Below, piece after piece: positions 9,060 through 19,365 of a stretch of DNA of 30,002 nt. The notes beneath the pieces were generated by a model. It was not told the origin of the DNA. It saw only the letters and a list, made by a program, of their open reading frames with translations, and did not search any database. Source of the DNA: an uncultured Clostridia bacterium (GTDB lineage: Bacteria > Bacillota > Clostridia > Christensenellales > Borkfalkiaceae); assembly GCA_947629735.1 (NCBI GenBank), contig CANREX010000001.1, forward strand, positions 1 through 30,002, given 5' to 3'. The number at the start of each line of letters is the position of its first letter. Position 1 is the first letter of the stretch. The translations under genes were made by a program, and so were the position numbers.

Positions 9060-9488
9060 ATGAACGTAAAATTGAATGATAACGTATTGGTTATCACCGG
9101 TAAGGATGCGGGCAGGCAGGGCAAGGTAATAGCCACTTCTCCCAAGAACAACACGGTGAAAGTAGAAGGGCTCAACATACAGAGCAAGTCCAAGAAGGCG
9201 AGGAAAGCCAACGAAGTTTCGCAGATAGTCAAGCAGGAAGGCGCGATAGACGCTTCCAACGTAATGGTCGTATGCGACGCTTGCGGCAAGCCCGTAAGAG
9301 TAAAGCACGCTTTCGTGGACGGCAAGAAGATCAGGGTATGCCCCAAGTGCGGCGCGAGCCTCGACAAGGCTTACGGCGGCAGGGGCAAGAAGGCTGCGCA
9401 GGTCAAGGAAGCTCCCAAAAAGCGCGTCAGAAAGCGCGCCGCAAAGAGCGAGAGCGCAGAGCAGCCCGCAGAGGATAAGGCCGAATAA
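9060..9488 (+). CDS. rplX: 50S ribosomal protein L24 with C-terminal extension
   Basis: KOW motif [25 protein letters not shown]; 142 aa. Confidence 0.96.
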   Translation: MNVKLNDNVLVITGKDAGRQGKVIATSPKNNTVKVEGLNIQSKSKKARKANEVSQIVKQEGAIDASNVMVVCDACGKPVRVKHAFVDGKKIRVCPKCGASLDKAYGGRGKKAAQVKEAPKKRVRKRAAKSESAEQPAEDKAE

Positions 9489-9502
9489 GGAGGATACGGA
9501 AA

Positions 9503-10060
9503 ATGGCAGAAAAGAAATACGGCAGCAGAGTCGCACAGCAGTACGCCGAAGAGATCGTACCCTATCTCACGAAGAAATTCGGCTACAAGAACCCCATGGA
9601 AGTCCCCAAACTCGTAAAGATAATAATCAGCTCGGGGCTGGGCGATATCAAGGACAACGCAAAGTCCATTCAGATGGCGGTAAATGAAATCAAGCAGATA
9701 ACGGGACAGCAGCCCATACTCACCAAGGCGCGCAAATCGGTCGCGAACTTCAAGGTGAGGGAGGGCATGAACGTAGGCATCAAGGTTACCCTCCGCGGCA
9801 ACAGAATGTATGATTTCTACGATAAATTCGTGTCTATCGCGCTTCCCCGCGTGCGCGACTTCCGCGGACTTTCCGCAGACAGCTTCGACGGCAAGGGCAA
9901 CTACAACATGGGCGTCAAGGAACAGCTTATCTTCCCCGAGATTCAGTACGACCAGGTCGAAAAGATCCGCGGCATGGATATATGCTTTGTAACGACGGCT
10001 AAAACGGACGAAGAAGCGAGAGAGCTTTTAAGGGCGATGGGTATGCCCTTCAAGAAGTAA
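9503..10060 (+). CDS. rplE: 50S ribosomal protein L5
   Basis: [36 protein letters not shown]. Confidence 0.98.
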   Translation: MAEKKYGSRVAQQYAEEIVPYLTKKFGYKNPMEVPKLVKIIISSGLGDIKDNAKSIQMAVNEIKQITGQQPILTKARKSVANFKVREGMNVGIKVTLRGNRMYDFYDKFVSIALPRVRDFRGLSADSFDGKGNYNMGVKEQLIFPEIQYDQVEKIRGMDICFVTTAKTDEEARELLRAMGMPFKK

Positions 10061-10071
10061 GGAGAACAAAT

Positions 10072-10257
10072 ATGGCAAAGAAGTCAATGATAAACAAGCA
10101 GCAAAGACCTGCTAAATATTCTACCAGAGCGTATACGAGATGCTCTATCTGCGGCAGACCCCATGCGGTTCTCCGCAAGTACGGAGTATGCCGTATATGT
10201 TTCAGAAACCTTGCTTACAAGGGTGAAATCCCCGGCGTCAAGAAGTCGAGCTGGTAA
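10072..10257 (+). CDS. rpsZ: 30S ribosomal protein S14, zinc-binding type Z
   Basis: 61 aa; RCSICGRP...[18 protein letters not shown]. Confidence 0.97.
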   Translation: MAKKSMINKQQRPAKYSTRAYTRCSICGRPHAVLRKYGVCRICFRNLAYKGEIPGVKKSSW

Positions 10258-10272
10258 TAAAGGAGGTTAGAT

Positions 10273-10665
10273 ATGACAGATCCCATAGCAGATATGCTCA
10301 CGCGTGTGCGCAACGCCATCGCGGTAAATAAAGAAACTGTTGAAATTCCTTCCTCCAACATGAAGAAGGCTATCGCCGACATTATGTTACAGGAAGGTTA
10401 CGTATCTGACGTAAGGCTTGAAGACGACGGATATGCCGGCAAGCTGGTGATAACGCTCAAATACGCAGGCAAGAACAAATCGGTTATCAATTCGCTCAAA
10501 AGGGTATCGCGCCCCGGTCTGCGCGTATACGCGAGCGTAGAGGATATGCCCAAGGTTATGGACGGGCTGGGTATCGCCATAATTTCGACCAACAAGGGCG
10601 TAATGACGGATAAGCAGGCAAAGGTCGCAAACGTAGGCGGCGAAGTGCTCTGCTATATCTGGTAA
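10273..10665 (+). CDS. rpsH: 30S ribosomal protein S8
   Basis: TDPIADMLTR, RVSRPGLRVY, GIAIIST, GGEVLCYIW. Confidence 0.98.
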   Translation: MTDPIADMLTRVRNAIAVNKETVEIPSSNMKKAIADIMLQEGYVSDVRLEDDGYAGKLVITLKYAGKNKSVINSLKRVSRPGLRVYASVEDMPKVMDGLGIAIISTNKGVMTDKQAKVANVGGEVLCYIW

Positions 10666-10678
10666 GGAGGCTTGAAGA

Positions 10679-11227
10679 ATGTCGAGAATAGGTAAAATGC
10701 CCGTAGTCATTCCCGCGGGAGTGACCGTGAATTTTGCGAACGGCGTCGTAACCGTCAAGGGCGCTAAGGGCACGCTCACGCAGAAGATCGAAGGCGATAT
10801 AATCATAAAGGTAGAAGGCGCGCACGCGCTCGTCGAAAAGGCTGTCGACAGCCCCGAGCTCGACGCAAAGCACGGACTTTACCGCGCGCTTCTCCACAAC
10901 ATGGTGGTAGGCGTTTCGGAAGGATATTGCAAGACGCTCAAAGTAAACGGCGTAGGCTGGAAGGTGGCGAAGCAGGGCAAAAAGCTCGTGCTCAACGTAG
11001 GTTTTTCACACCCCATCGAAGTGGAAGAGCCCGCGGGCGTCACATTGGCATGCCCCAACCCCAACGAGATAACCGTATCGGGAATCGATAAGACGCTCGT
11101 CGGACAGACGGCGGCAAACATCAGGACGATAAGAGAGCCCGAGCCTTATCACGGCTACGGAATCGCGTACAGCGACGAAGTTATAGAGCGCAAGGAAGGC
11201 AAGACGGGAGGTAAGGGCAAGAAGTAA
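10679..11227 (+). CDS. rplF: 50S ribosomal protein L6
   Basis: MSRIGK.PV.IP, VGFSHP, PEPYHGYGI.Y. Confidence 0.98.
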   Translation: MSRIGKMPVVIPAGVTVNFANGVVTVKGAKGTLTQKIEGDIIIKVEGAHALVEKAVDSPELDAKHGLYRALLHNMVVGVSEGYCKTLKVNGVGWKVAKQGKKLVLNVGFSHPIEVEEPAGVTLACPNPNEITVSGIDKTLVGQTAANIRTIREPEPYHGYGIAYSDEVIERKEGKTGGKGKK

Positions 11228-11358
11228 TTTCGGATTGCGGCATTTCGCCGCGCCGCACGCCCGCGCACTCCGCACCCGAAGAGGTGCAAGCGGGTCTGCT
11301 TTTCCGAAGGATAAACCGCGAAAAATGCGGTTGATTGCTCTGATTTAAGGAGTTTATT

Positions 11359-11727
11359 ATGATAAAGAAGATCGATAAGAATCAGGAAAGACTTCGCCGT
11401 CACACGAGGGTGAAGAAAAAGATCAAGGGAACTGCCCGGACGCCCAGACTGAGCGTTTATCGCAGCCTCAACCATATCTATGCGCAGATCATAGACGATG
11501 AAAAGGGCGTGACGCTCTGCTCGGCTTCCACCATGGAAAAGGAAGTAAAGGCGCAGATAGGCGAAATGACCAAGACGGACGCGGCAAAGGTCGTAGGCAA
11601 GACCTTGGCGGCGCGCGCGCTCGAAAAGGGCGTAAAGGAAGTCGTGTTCGACAGGGGCGGCTACCTTTACACGGGAAGAGTGCAGGCTGTGGCAGACGGC
11701 GCGAGAGAAGCCGGACTTAATTTCTAA
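11359..11727 (+). CDS. rplR: 50S ribosomal protein L18
   Basis: [32 protein letters not shown]. Confidence 0.98.
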   Translation: MIKKIDKNQERLRRHTRVKKKIKGTARTPRLSVYRSLNHIYAQIIDDEKGVTLCSASTMEKEVKAQIGEMTKTDAAKVVGKTLAARALEKGVKEVVFDRGGYLYTGRVQAVADGAREAGLNF

Positions 11728-11738
11728 GGAGTAAGGTC

Positions 11739-12278
11739 ATGGAAGAGAAGAAAGAAAAATCCGCAAGAAGAAACGACAGACCTAAGAGAAGGGAAGAGGA
11801 CGACGGCTTCATCAAAAAGCTGATACAGGTAAACAGGGTAAGCAAGACCGTAAAGGGCGGCAGAAACATGCGCTTTGCGGCTTTGGTAGTGGTCGGCGAC
11901 GGCGCGGGCTCTGTGGCGTACGGAATGGGGAAGTCCAAGGAAGTCCCCGAAGCCATAGAAAAGGCGACGCAGCAAGCCAAGAAGAATCTTACCAAGGTCA
12001 ACCTGCAAGGAACGACCATTCCCCACGGCGTGATCGGCGTATACGGAAGAGGCACGGTTCTGATGATGCCCGCATCGGAAGGTACGGGCGTCATAGCGGG
12101 CGGTCCCGTACGTGCCGTCATGGAAGCGGCGGGCGTAAAGGATATCCGCACCAAGTCGCACGGGACGAACAACCCCATCAACTGCGTAAAAGCGGCGATA
12201 GCGGGTCTCGTTTCGCTCAAATCCCCCGAAGAAGTCGCTGCGGCGAGGGGCAAGTCCGTAGAAGAAATTTTAGGTTAA
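11739..12278 (+). CDS. rpsE: 30S ribosomal protein S5
   Basis: [35 protein letters not shown]. Confidence 0.98.
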   Translation: MEEKKEKSARRNDRPKRREEDDGFIKKLIQVNRVSKTVKGGRNMRFAALVVVGDGAGSVAYGMGKSKEVPEAIEKATQQAKKNLTKVNLQGTTIPHGVIGVYGRGTVLMMPASEGTGVIAGGPVRAVMEAAGVKDIRTKSHGTNNPINCVKAAIAGLVSLKSPEEVAAARGKSVEEILG

Positions 12279-12291
12279 TCGGGAGGGCGTT

Positions 12292-12465
12292 ATGGTAAAA
12301 GTTACGTTAGTTAAAAGCGCATCCAACGAGCCCGCTACGGTAAAAGCTACCGTAAAGGCGTTGGGACTTAAAAAAATCCGTTCGACCAAGACTTTGGAGA
12401 GCACTCCCGCAAATCTGGGACAGATCGAAAAGGTCAAATACCTTTTGAAGGTCGAAGAAGTTTAA
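12292..12465 (+). CDS. rpmD: 50S ribosomal protein L30 (57 aa, not in the ORF track)
   Basis: Hand translation [57 protein letters not shown]; SD GGAGG; lies between rpsE and rplO. Confidence 0.93.
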   Translation: MVKVTLVKSASNEPATVKATVKALGLKKIRSTKTLESTPANLGQIEKVKYLLKVEEV

Positions 12466-12476
12466 GGAGAAGAAAA

Positions 12477-12923
12477 ATGAGAATAGATACATTACAGCCC
12501 GCAGAGGGCGCAACCGCTTCTCCCAAGAGATTAGGCAGAGGAATAGGTTCCGGAAAAGGCAAGACGAGCGGCAAGGGACATAAAGGTCAGTGGGCGCGTT
12601 CGGGCGGCGGCGTACGTCCCGGTTTCGAAGGCGGTCAGATGCCCCTTCACAGGAGAATCCCCAAGAGGGGTTTCCACAACAAGTGGGCGACGTCCTATCT
12701 CATCGTCAACCTTTCGCAGCTTGGAAGCGTGCCCGCGGGCACGGTGGTGGACTACGATTACGTCGTAGCCAACAGCCTCACGAAGAACGTCAAGAACAAC
12801 GGCGGGCTTAAAGTGTTGGGCAAGGGCGAAATCAACGTAGCCCTCACCGTAAAGGCGGCAAAGTTCTCCGAAAGCGCGAAAGAGGCGATAGAAAAAGCCG
12901 GCGGCAAGGCGGAAACCGTCTGA
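12477..12923 (+). CDS. rplO: 50S ribosomal protein L15
   Basis: [37 protein letters not shown]. Confidence 0.98.
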   Translation: MRIDTLQPAEGATASPKRLGRGIGSGKGKTSGKGHKGQWARSGGGVRPGFEGGQMPLHRRIPKRGFHNKWATSYLIVNLSQLGSVPAGTVVDYDYVVANSLTKNVKNNGGLKVLGKGEINVALTVKAAKFSESAKEAIEKAGGKAETV

Positions 12924-13007
12924 TTGCCGCCCGCGCGGCGTTTTCTCTCCGCGCGGGGCAGGTTTTAACGGAAACGGCGTAAAACCCGTTTTGAAGAGAG
13001 GTTTAAC

Positions 13008-14360
13008 ATGTTTGAAACAATAAAAAATTGTTTTAAGAATAAGGAAATCCGCAAGAAGATATGGATAACCCTCCTGCTTCTGCTCATATTCCGTCTGGGC
13101 TGCTATATACCCGTACCCGGCATAAACGTTCAGGTATTCAGCGAAGCGATAGAAAACGTATCGTTTCTTGAAATCATGTCGGCAATTTCGGGCGGTTCGC
13201 TGCAAAACGCAACGCTGTTTGCGCTCGGCATCAGCCCCTACATCAACGCCTCCATTATCATACAGCTGTTAAGCGTGGGAATTCCCGCCCTCGAAAGGCT
13301 CTCCAAACAGGGCGAAGAAGGCAGGAAGAAGATAGCCCAGCTCACCCGTTATCTCACCATATTGCTCGCGGTAGGTCAGTCCGTGGGAATAGTAATCAAT
13401 TTCGGCATGATACACGGTGAAGGCGTAATGCTTAACTTCTTCGGCTCGCTCACCCCGATAGGCGAGACGGGCGCGAAGTGGCTGGCGGGCATATTCCTCG
13501 CGGTAGTATACACCGCGGGCGCGATGCTCGTAATGTGGATAGGCGAAAGGATAACGGAATACGGCATAAGCAACGGCATATCGCTTATAATCTTCATCGG
13601 CATACTTTCCACGGCGGGCAATCAGCTTGTGGCAAAGTTCACGCAGGCGTTCACGGGTACTCCCGAAGTGCTGTGGGAAGTCGCGGGCTTCATAATACTT
13701 ACGGTGTTTGAATTCGCCGCGATCTGCGCGGTCGATCTGTCCGAAAGGCGGATACCCGTACAGTACGCAAAACAGGTCAAGGGCAGGAGAATGTACGGCG
13801 GACAGTCGTCGGTGATACCCATGCGCATATCGGGCTCGGGCGTAATGCCGCTGATATTCGCGTTCACCATAATAAGCGCGCCCGCCATGATAATAAGTTT
13901 CGCAGCTCCCGGCACGCCCGCGGAGACGGGACTTACCCAATGGTTCTCGGGCAACTCGCCCTATTGGTACGGTCAGCTGATATATATGGTAGCGCTGTGC
14001 GTGCTCATATTCGGGTTCTCGTTCTTCTACGCGATGATGCAGTTCAACCCGGACGACGTCTCCAAGACTATTCAGCAGAACGGCGGCTTCATACAGGGCA
14101 TACGCCCCGGCAAGCCCACCGCGGATTACCTCAAAAAGATAAACAACAGGATAACGCTCTTCGGCGCGATATATCTGACGATAGTGGCGTTGATACCTTC
14201 CATACTCGCGGTAATACTCACCGCTTGCGGCATGTCCACCGACCTCATCTCGGTGTTCTCCACGACGGGAATACTCATCGTCGTATCCGTCGCGCTCGAA
14301 CTCGACAAGCAGTTGCAGTCACAGCTCATGATGAAAAACTACAAGGGCTTCCTGAAATAA
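13008..14360 (+). CDS. secY: Preprotein translocase subunit SecY
   Basis: FALGISPYINASII, GISNGISLIIF, RRIPVQY, IRPGKPT.DYL; multiple TM segments. Confidence 0.98.
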   Translation: MFETIKNCFKNKEIRKKIWITLLLLLIFRLGCYIPVPGINVQVFSEAIENVSFLEIMSAISGGSLQNATLFALGISPYINASIIIQLLSVGIPALERLSKQGEEGRKKIAQLTRYLTILLAVGQSVGIVINFGMIHGEGVMLNFFGSLTPIGETGAKWLAGIFLAVVYTAGAMLVMWIGERITEYGISNGISLIIFIGILSTAGNQLVAKFTQAFTGTPEVLWEVAGFIILTVFEFAAICAVDLSERRIPVQYAKQVKGRRMYGGQSSVIPMRISGSGVMPLIFAFTIISAPAMIISFAAPGTPAETGLTQWFSGNSPYWYGQLIYMVALCVLIFGFSFFYAMMQFNPDDVSKTIQQNGGFIQGIRPGKPTADYLKKINNRITLFGAIYLTIVALIPSILAVILTACGMSTDLISVFSTTGILIVVSVALELDKQLQSQLMMKNYKGFLK

Positions 14361-14378
14361 TATCGCGGGGAAAGGTAA

Positions 14379-15005
14379 ATGAACATTGTATTGTTGGGCG
14401 CGCCGGGCGCAGGCAAAGGCACTCAGGCGAGCATGATAGAGGAAAAATTTTCCCTCGTGCACATATCGACGGGCGACATCTTCCGCGCGAATATCAAGGG
14501 CGGCACGCCTATCGGCAAGATAGCCAAAGGTTACATCGACGCGGGCAAGCTCGTTCCCGACGAGGTTACCTGCAAGATAGTGGAAAACAGATTGGGCGAG
14601 GAGGACGTCAAGGGCGGCTTTATGCTCGACGGCTTCCCGCGCAATATCTTTCAGGCGGAACAGCTCGATAAGTTTGCGAAAATCGACGTGTGCGTGAATA
14701 TAGACGTGGACATCGACCTGCTCATGGACAGGATATGCGGCAGAAGGGTGTGCGCGTGCGGCGAAAGCTATCACGTTTCCACGCTGAACGGAGAGACGAA
14801 GTGCAAAAAGTGCGGCGGCACGCTCTATCGCAGGGACGACGACAACCCCGAGACGGTGCAGAAGCGGCTGGACACTTATTTCAAGGAGACGGCTCCCGTC
14901 GCCGATTACTACAAAAAACAGGGCAAACTCTTCACCGTAAAGAGCGGCAAAGGCTCGCCCAAGGAAGTGTTTGCGGTAATCGCGGAGAAGCTGAAAGAAT
15001 ATTGA
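14379..15005 (+). CDS. adk: Adenylate kinase
   Basis: LLGAPGAGKGTQA, HISTGDIFR, LDGFPR, Cys-containing LID, RDDDNPE. Confidence 0.98.
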   Translation: MNIVLLGAPGAGKGTQASMIEEKFSLVHISTGDIFRANIKGGTPIGKIAKGYIDAGKLVPDEVTCKIVENRLGEEDVKGGFMLDGFPRNIFQAEQLDKFAKIDVCVNIDVDIDLLMDRICGRRVCACGESYHVSTLNGETKCKKCGGTLYRRDDDNPETVQKRLDTYFKETAPVADYYKKQGKLFTVKSGKGSPKEVFAVIAEKLKEY

Positions 15006-15012
15006 ATCGTAT

Positions 15013-15759
15013 ATGGTTAGAATAAAGACTGCGGAGGAAATCGCGCTGATGCGCGAACCTTGCAGGATAGTCAAAGAGACGCTCGAATACGTCGGCAAAC
15101 ATATCTGCGCGGGCATGACCACAAAGGAAGTGGACGACCTCGTCTACAAATATATAACTTCCTGCGGGGCCGTTCCGTCGGAATTGGGCTATTGCGGCTA
15201 CCCCGCAAGCTCGTGCGTGTCGGTAAACGAAGTGGTCGTCCACGGAATCCCGGGAGACAGGGTGATAGAGGACGGCGACATAGTGAGCGTGGACATAACC
15301 GCGGAAAAGAACGGTTTTCAGGGCGACGCGTGCAGGACTTTTCTCATCGGCAACGTGTCGGAGGAAAAGCGCAGGCTCGTCAAGGTGACGGAGGAATGTT
15401 TCTTCAAGGCGATAGAAGGTCTTAAAGAGGACACTCCGCTGTACGACATAGGCTATGCGGTGCAGACCCACGCGGAAGCGCACGGCTACGGCGTGGTGCG
15501 GGCGCTCACCGGTCACGGCATAGGCAGGGAAATGCACGAGGACCCTTCCGTCCCCAACTACGGCAGAAAGGGCACGGGCATGCGGCTCAGAGCGGGCATG
15601 ACGATCTGCATAGAACCCATGATAAGTATGGGCACATGGCGGGTGAACTTCGATAAGGACGACGGCTGGACGGTGACGACCGCCGACGGCAAGCCCGCAG
15701 CCCACTATGAGAACACGGTGCTGATAACCGCGGACGGCGTGGAAATTCTGACGCTGTAA
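15013..15759 (+). CDS. map: Methionine aminopeptidase type I
   Basis: CVSVNEVVVHGIP, VSVDI, GHGIG..MHEDP, CIEPM, AAHYENT. Confidence 0.97.
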   Translation: MVRIKTAEEIALMREPCRIVKETLEYVGKHICAGMTTKEVDDLVYKYITSCGAVPSELGYCGYPASSCVSVNEVVVHGIPGDRVIEDGDIVSVDITAEKNGFQGDACRTFLIGNVSEEKRRLVKVTEECFFKAIEGLKEDTPLYDIGYAVQTHAEAHGYGVVRALTGHGIGREMHEDPSVPNYGRKGTGMRLRAGMTICIEPMISMGTWRVNFDKDDGWTVTTADGKPAAHYENTVLITADGVEILTL

Positions 15760-15778
15760 CTTTCAGGCGGTGGCGTGT

Positions 15779-16072
15779 ATGAATGTAAAGATACCCGAAA
15801 AGGGCATGGTTGCGTTAAGTCTGCAAGGGCGCGACAAGGGCGCGTTTTACGTCGTGAGCGAGGTGCTCGGCGGCGGCAAAGTTGCGCTTGCCGACGGAAA
15901 AAAGCGGACGGTCGCGTCGCCGAAAATCAAAAATTCAAAGCATCTGCGCTTGTTCCCGCGGAACGTATCCGAATACGGCGTCACATGGCCGTGGGATAAA
16001 GCGACCGACAACCGCATCGCCCGCTATTTAAAGGAATTCCGGGCGGCGGATAAAGATATATCGGAGGAATAA
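15779..16072 (+). CDS. KOW-domain RNA-binding protein (eL14-like) typical of the clostridial map-infA interval
   Basis: [20 protein letters not shown]....PK.KN.KHL; ATG at 15779 with SD-like AGGCGG. Confidence 0.8.
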   Translation: MNVKIPEKGMVALSLQGRDKGAFYVVSEVLGGGKVALADGKKRTVASPKIKNSKHLRLFPRNVSEYGVTWPWDKATDNRIARYLKEFRAADKDISEE

Positions 16073-16076
16073 GGTT

Positions 16077-16298
16077 TTGTCTAAGGACGACGTAATCGAA
16101 ACCGAGGGCAAGGTAATTGAGTGCCTGCCCAACGCAAATTTCAAAGTTCAGCTCACCAACGGGCATATCATCACGGCTTATATTTCGGGAAAGCTGCGCC
16201 TCAACTATATCAGGATAATAGAAGGCGACAGCGTAAAGCTCGAAATGAGTCCGTACGATCTGACCAAGGGGCGCATAACCTGGCGTTCCAAAGTATAA
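16077..16298 (+). CDS. infA: Translation initiation factor IF-1
   Basis: [27 protein letters not shown]; TTG start with GGAGG upstream. Confidence 0.98.
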   Translation: MSKDDVIETEGKVIECLPNANFKVQLTNGHIITAYISGKLRLNYIRIIEGDSVKLEMSPYDLTKGRITWRSKV

Positions 16299-16410
16299 AG
16301 CGGCAAAACGCGCGGTACAGACCGCAGAGTAAAGCGGCGAAAACCGCAATGTAAAGCAGTGCAGTCCGCAGAGTAAAGCGGCGCAGACCGCGCAATAACG
16401 GCAAAACACA
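16296..16410 (+). repeat. 22-bp tandem repeat (4 units plus a partial unit)
   Basis: CCGC at 16322, 16344, 16366 and 16388; unit approximately AGACCGCAGAGTAAAGCGGCGC. Confidence 0.75.
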
Positions 16411-16455
16411 CGCGCCCGCATAAAGAGCGGGGAATAACATTTAGGAGATAGAGAA

Positions 16456-16572
16456 ATGAAAGTAAGGCCTTCTGTAAAGCCCATGTGCGACAAGTGCAAG
16501 ATAATAAAGAGAAACGGCAAGGTGATGGTCATCTGTTCCAAGAACAAGAGCCACAAGCAAAGACAAGGTTGA
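16456..16572 (+). CDS. rpmJ: 50S ribosomal protein L36 (38 aa, zinc-ribbon type; not in the ORF track)
   Basis: Hand translation [38 protein letters not shown]; SD AGGAG. Confidence 0.97.
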   Translation: MKVRPSVKPMCDKCKIIKRNGKVMVICSKNKSHKQRQG

Positions 16573-16654
16573 CCTTAAAAGCCGTATATGCGTAAAATCC
16601 GCGGAAAAAAGAGCTTATTTTTTAAAAACCGAGCTTAATTTTTGCGGTATTTTC

Positions 16655-16684
16655 TTGCAATTTTGTAAATAGCTGTGATATAAT
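16655..16684 (+). promoter_or_regulatory. Internal SigA-type promoter upstream of rpsM (alpha operon)
   Basis: TTGCAA-18 nt-TATAAT with extended -10 TG (TGATATAAT). Confidence 0.6.
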
Positions 16685-16944
16685 GTACGTTGCAGTATTT
16701 CCGAAAAAGTGCCGACCGTGTCAAAAAAAGCACGGTTTTCGGCGCGCTTTTGCGTCTTTTTAAACGCCTTTTAAGGGCAAAAAGGGGGCGTAAAAGCGGG
16801 GAGATAAGCGCAAGAAACAATAAAAACACCACCCCGACACATGCGGGAGCGACATTCCGATTTTAAAAGTTTGCGCGGTGCGGGGGTTCACATATTTCAA
16901 AAAAACAAATACCAAAAGCAAATTAAACGGAGGAAATAAATCGT

Positions 16945-17319
16945 ATGGCACGTATTGCCGGTGTAGATTTACCCAGAGAAAAGAGAATAGAAATCGGTCT
17001 TACCTATATATTCGGTATAGGTCTCTCCACTTCTAAAAAAATTCTTGCGGCTACCGGAATCAACCCCGATACGAGGGTCAAGGATCTGGACGAGACGGAC
17101 GTCTCACGGCTCAGAGAGTATATCGATCATAATTACAGAGTTGAGGGCGAACTCCGCTCGGAAGTCTCTCTCAACATCAAAAGGCTTATGGAAATAGGTT
17201 CTTACAGAGGTATCCGCCACAGAAAGGGCTTGCCCGTAAGAGGACAATCTTCCAAGAGAAACGCGAGGACGAGGAAAGGTCCGCGCCGCACCGTCGCCAA
17301 GAAGAAGGGCGCGAAGTAA
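16945..17319 (+). CDS. rpsM: 30S ribosomal protein S13
   Basis: [36 protein letters not shown]. Confidence 0.99.
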   Translation: MARIAGVDLPREKRIEIGLTYIFGIGLSTSKKILAATGINPDTRVKDLDETDVSRLREYIDHNYRVEGELRSEVSLNIKRLMEIGSYRGIRHRKGLPVRGQSSKRNARTRKGPRRTVAKKKGAK

Positions 17320-17342
17320 GACTTAAAGGAGGATGAAGCACA

Positions 17343-17741
17343 ATGGCAGCAACTACAAACAAGACCGCGTCGAGAAAGCGCAAAGAGCTTAAAAAGATCG
17401 ACAAAGGTCAGGTTCATATACAGTCTTCTTTCAACAACACGTTGGTTACCGTAACCGATTTGCAGGGGAACACAATCACGCAGTCGAGCGCGGGCGCGCT
17501 CAAATTCAAGGGTTCGAGGAAGGGTACGCCTTTCGCGGCTCAGATGGCTACGGAAACCGCCGTCAAGGCGGCAAAAGAGCACGGTCTGCGCACGGTGGAG
17601 GTCTATGTAAAAGGTCCCGGGGCAGGAAGGGAATCCGCAATCCGCGCGATAGCGAACTGCGAAGTGGAAATCACCCTTATAGCGGACGTATCGCCCATAC
17701 CCCACAACGGATGCAGACCGCCTAAGCGTCGCAGAGTATAA
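17343..17741 (+). CDS. rpsK: 30S ribosomal protein S11
   Basis: [31 protein letters not shown]. Confidence 0.99.
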   Translation: MAATTNKTASRKRKELKKIDKGQVHIQSSFNNTLVTVTDLQGNTITQSSAGALKFKGSRKGTPFAAQMATETAVKAAKEHGLRTVEVYVKGPGAGRESAIRAIANCEVEITLIADVSPIPHNGCRPPKRRRV

Positions 17742-17759
17742 TCGGAGGAGAGAAAGACT

Positions 17760-18383
17760 ATGGCAACATACAGAGAAGCAAAATGCCGCCTTTGCAGAAG
17801 GGAAGGCGCAAAGCTCTTTTTAAAGGGCGATAAATGTTATAACGGCAAGTGCCCGTTCGAAAAGTGCCCGGTAGCTCCCGGCGTACACGGCGCGGGCAGG
17901 AAGAAGGTTTCCGAATACGGTCAGCAGCTCAGGGAAAAGCAGAAGGTTAAGCGCATTTACGGCGTGCAGGAAGGTCAGTTCAGGGCATATTACGAAAAGG
18001 CCGACCGCATGAAGGGCATAACGGGTGAAAACATGCTCTCCCTTTTGGAAAGAAGACTTGACAACGTCGTATTCAGAATGGGCATAGCGGTATCGAGGGC
18101 GCAGGCGAGGCAGCTTGTAAATCACGGACATTTCCTCGTAAACGGCAAGAAGGTCAACGTTCCCTCGTTCATAGTAAAGGCGGGCGACGTGGTAAGCGTT
18201 AAGGAAAGCAAGGCTTCCAACAAATATTTCGAGGCGGTAAAGGGCGCGAAAGCGGCGAACATGCCCAAGTGGCTGGAATTCGACCCCGAGAAGCTGGAAG
18301 GAAAGATTATAGCTCTTCCTGCAAGAGACGACGTAGACAGTCAGATTGCAGAACATAAGATTGTCGAATTGTACTCCAAGTAA
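17760..18383 (+). CDS. rpsD: 30S ribosomal protein S4
   Basis: [41 protein letters not shown]. Confidence 0.98.
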   Translation: MATYREAKCRLCRREGAKLFLKGDKCYNGKCPFEKCPVAPGVHGAGRKKVSEYGQQLREKQKVKRIYGVQEGQFRAYYEKADRMKGITGENMLSLLERRLDNVVFRMGIAVSRAQARQLVNHGHFLVNGKKVNVPSFIVKAGDVVSVKESKASNKYFEAVKGAKAANMPKWLEFDPEKLEGKIIALPARDDVDSQIAEHKIVELYSK

Positions 18384-18407
18384 TATAAAAAATAAGGAGA
18401 AAGTCAA

Positions 18408-19361
18408 ATGATCGAAATGGATATGCCCAAAATAGAGGTAGTGGAAAGCGAGGACCAGTCGTACGCAAAGGTCGTAGTTGAACCTCTCGAAAAGGGCTTC
18501 GGTCTTACGATAGGCAACTGTCTGAGAAGAATACTTTTATCCGCACTTCCCGGCGCGGCGGCGCAGGGTATAAGGTTTCTCGACGGCTCTGTCAAGCATG
18601 AATTTTCCGCTGTACCGGGCGTCAAAGAGGATGTCACCGAGATAATTCTCAATTTGAAGTCGCTTGCGATAAAGACCAAAGTTACGGACAAGGACTACAT
18701 CAAGGTAGTTCACCTTTACAAGGAAGGTCCGGCGGACGTCACCGCGAGCGATATAGAGCAGGACGCGGAAATAGAGATCATAAACGGCGACCAGCATATC
18801 TGCACGATAGACGAAGGCGGCAAGATCGACATGGAAATAACGATAGGCCGCGGCAGGGGCTATAAGGGTGCGGATCATACGCGCACGGAGCTTATCGATT
18901 ATATCCCCATCGATTCTATCTACACGCCCGTAAAGAAAGTCAATTACAGCGTGGAGAACACGAGGGTAGGTCAGAACACGGACTTCGACAAGCTCATGCT
19001 CGAAGTATGGACCAACGGCGCGTTTTCCGCAAAGGAAATCGTATCGTTGGCGGCAAAGATAATGCAGGACCATATCTCGCTGTTCGTGGATCTCTCCGAT
19101 ACCATAAGGGATATGGACATACTCGTCAAGAACGAGGACGACCGTCACCAGAAGATACTCGCCATGGCGATAGAGGACATGGATCTTTCCGTGCGCTCAT
19201 ACAACTGCCTGAAACGCGCGAATATCCACACGGTGGAAGATTTAACAAAGAAGACGGAAGACGAGATGCTCAAAGTGAGAAATCTCGGCAGAAAGTCTTT
19301 GGATGAAGTCATCTTGAAACTTCAATCCTACGGACTTTCGTTAGCAAACAAGGAGGACTGA
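18408..19361 (+). CDS. rpoA: RNA polymerase alpha subunit
   Basis: EPLEKGFG.TIGN.LRRILLS, GVKEDV, LSVRSYNCLKRA, RNLGRKS. Confidence 0.99.
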   Translation: MIEMDMPKIEVVESEDQSYAKVVVEPLEKGFGLTIGNCLRRILLSALPGAAAQGIRFLDGSVKHEFSAVPGVKEDVTEIILNLKSLAIKTKVTDKDYIKVVHLYKEGPADVTASDIEQDAEIEIINGDQHICTIDEGGKIDMEITIGRGRGYKGADHTRTELIDYIPIDSIYTPVKKVNYSVENTRVGQNTDFDKLMLEVWTNGAFSAKEIVSLAAKIMQDHISLFVDLSDTIRDMDILVKNEDDRHQKILAMAIEDMDLSVRSYNCLKRANIHTVEDLTKKTEDEMLKVRNLGRKSLDEVILKLQSYGLSLANKED

Positions 19362-19365
19362 TTTT

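Noticed and set aside
15779-16072. KOW-domain gene as a novel operon insertion
   Set aside because: It is a regular member of the clostridial map-infA interval.
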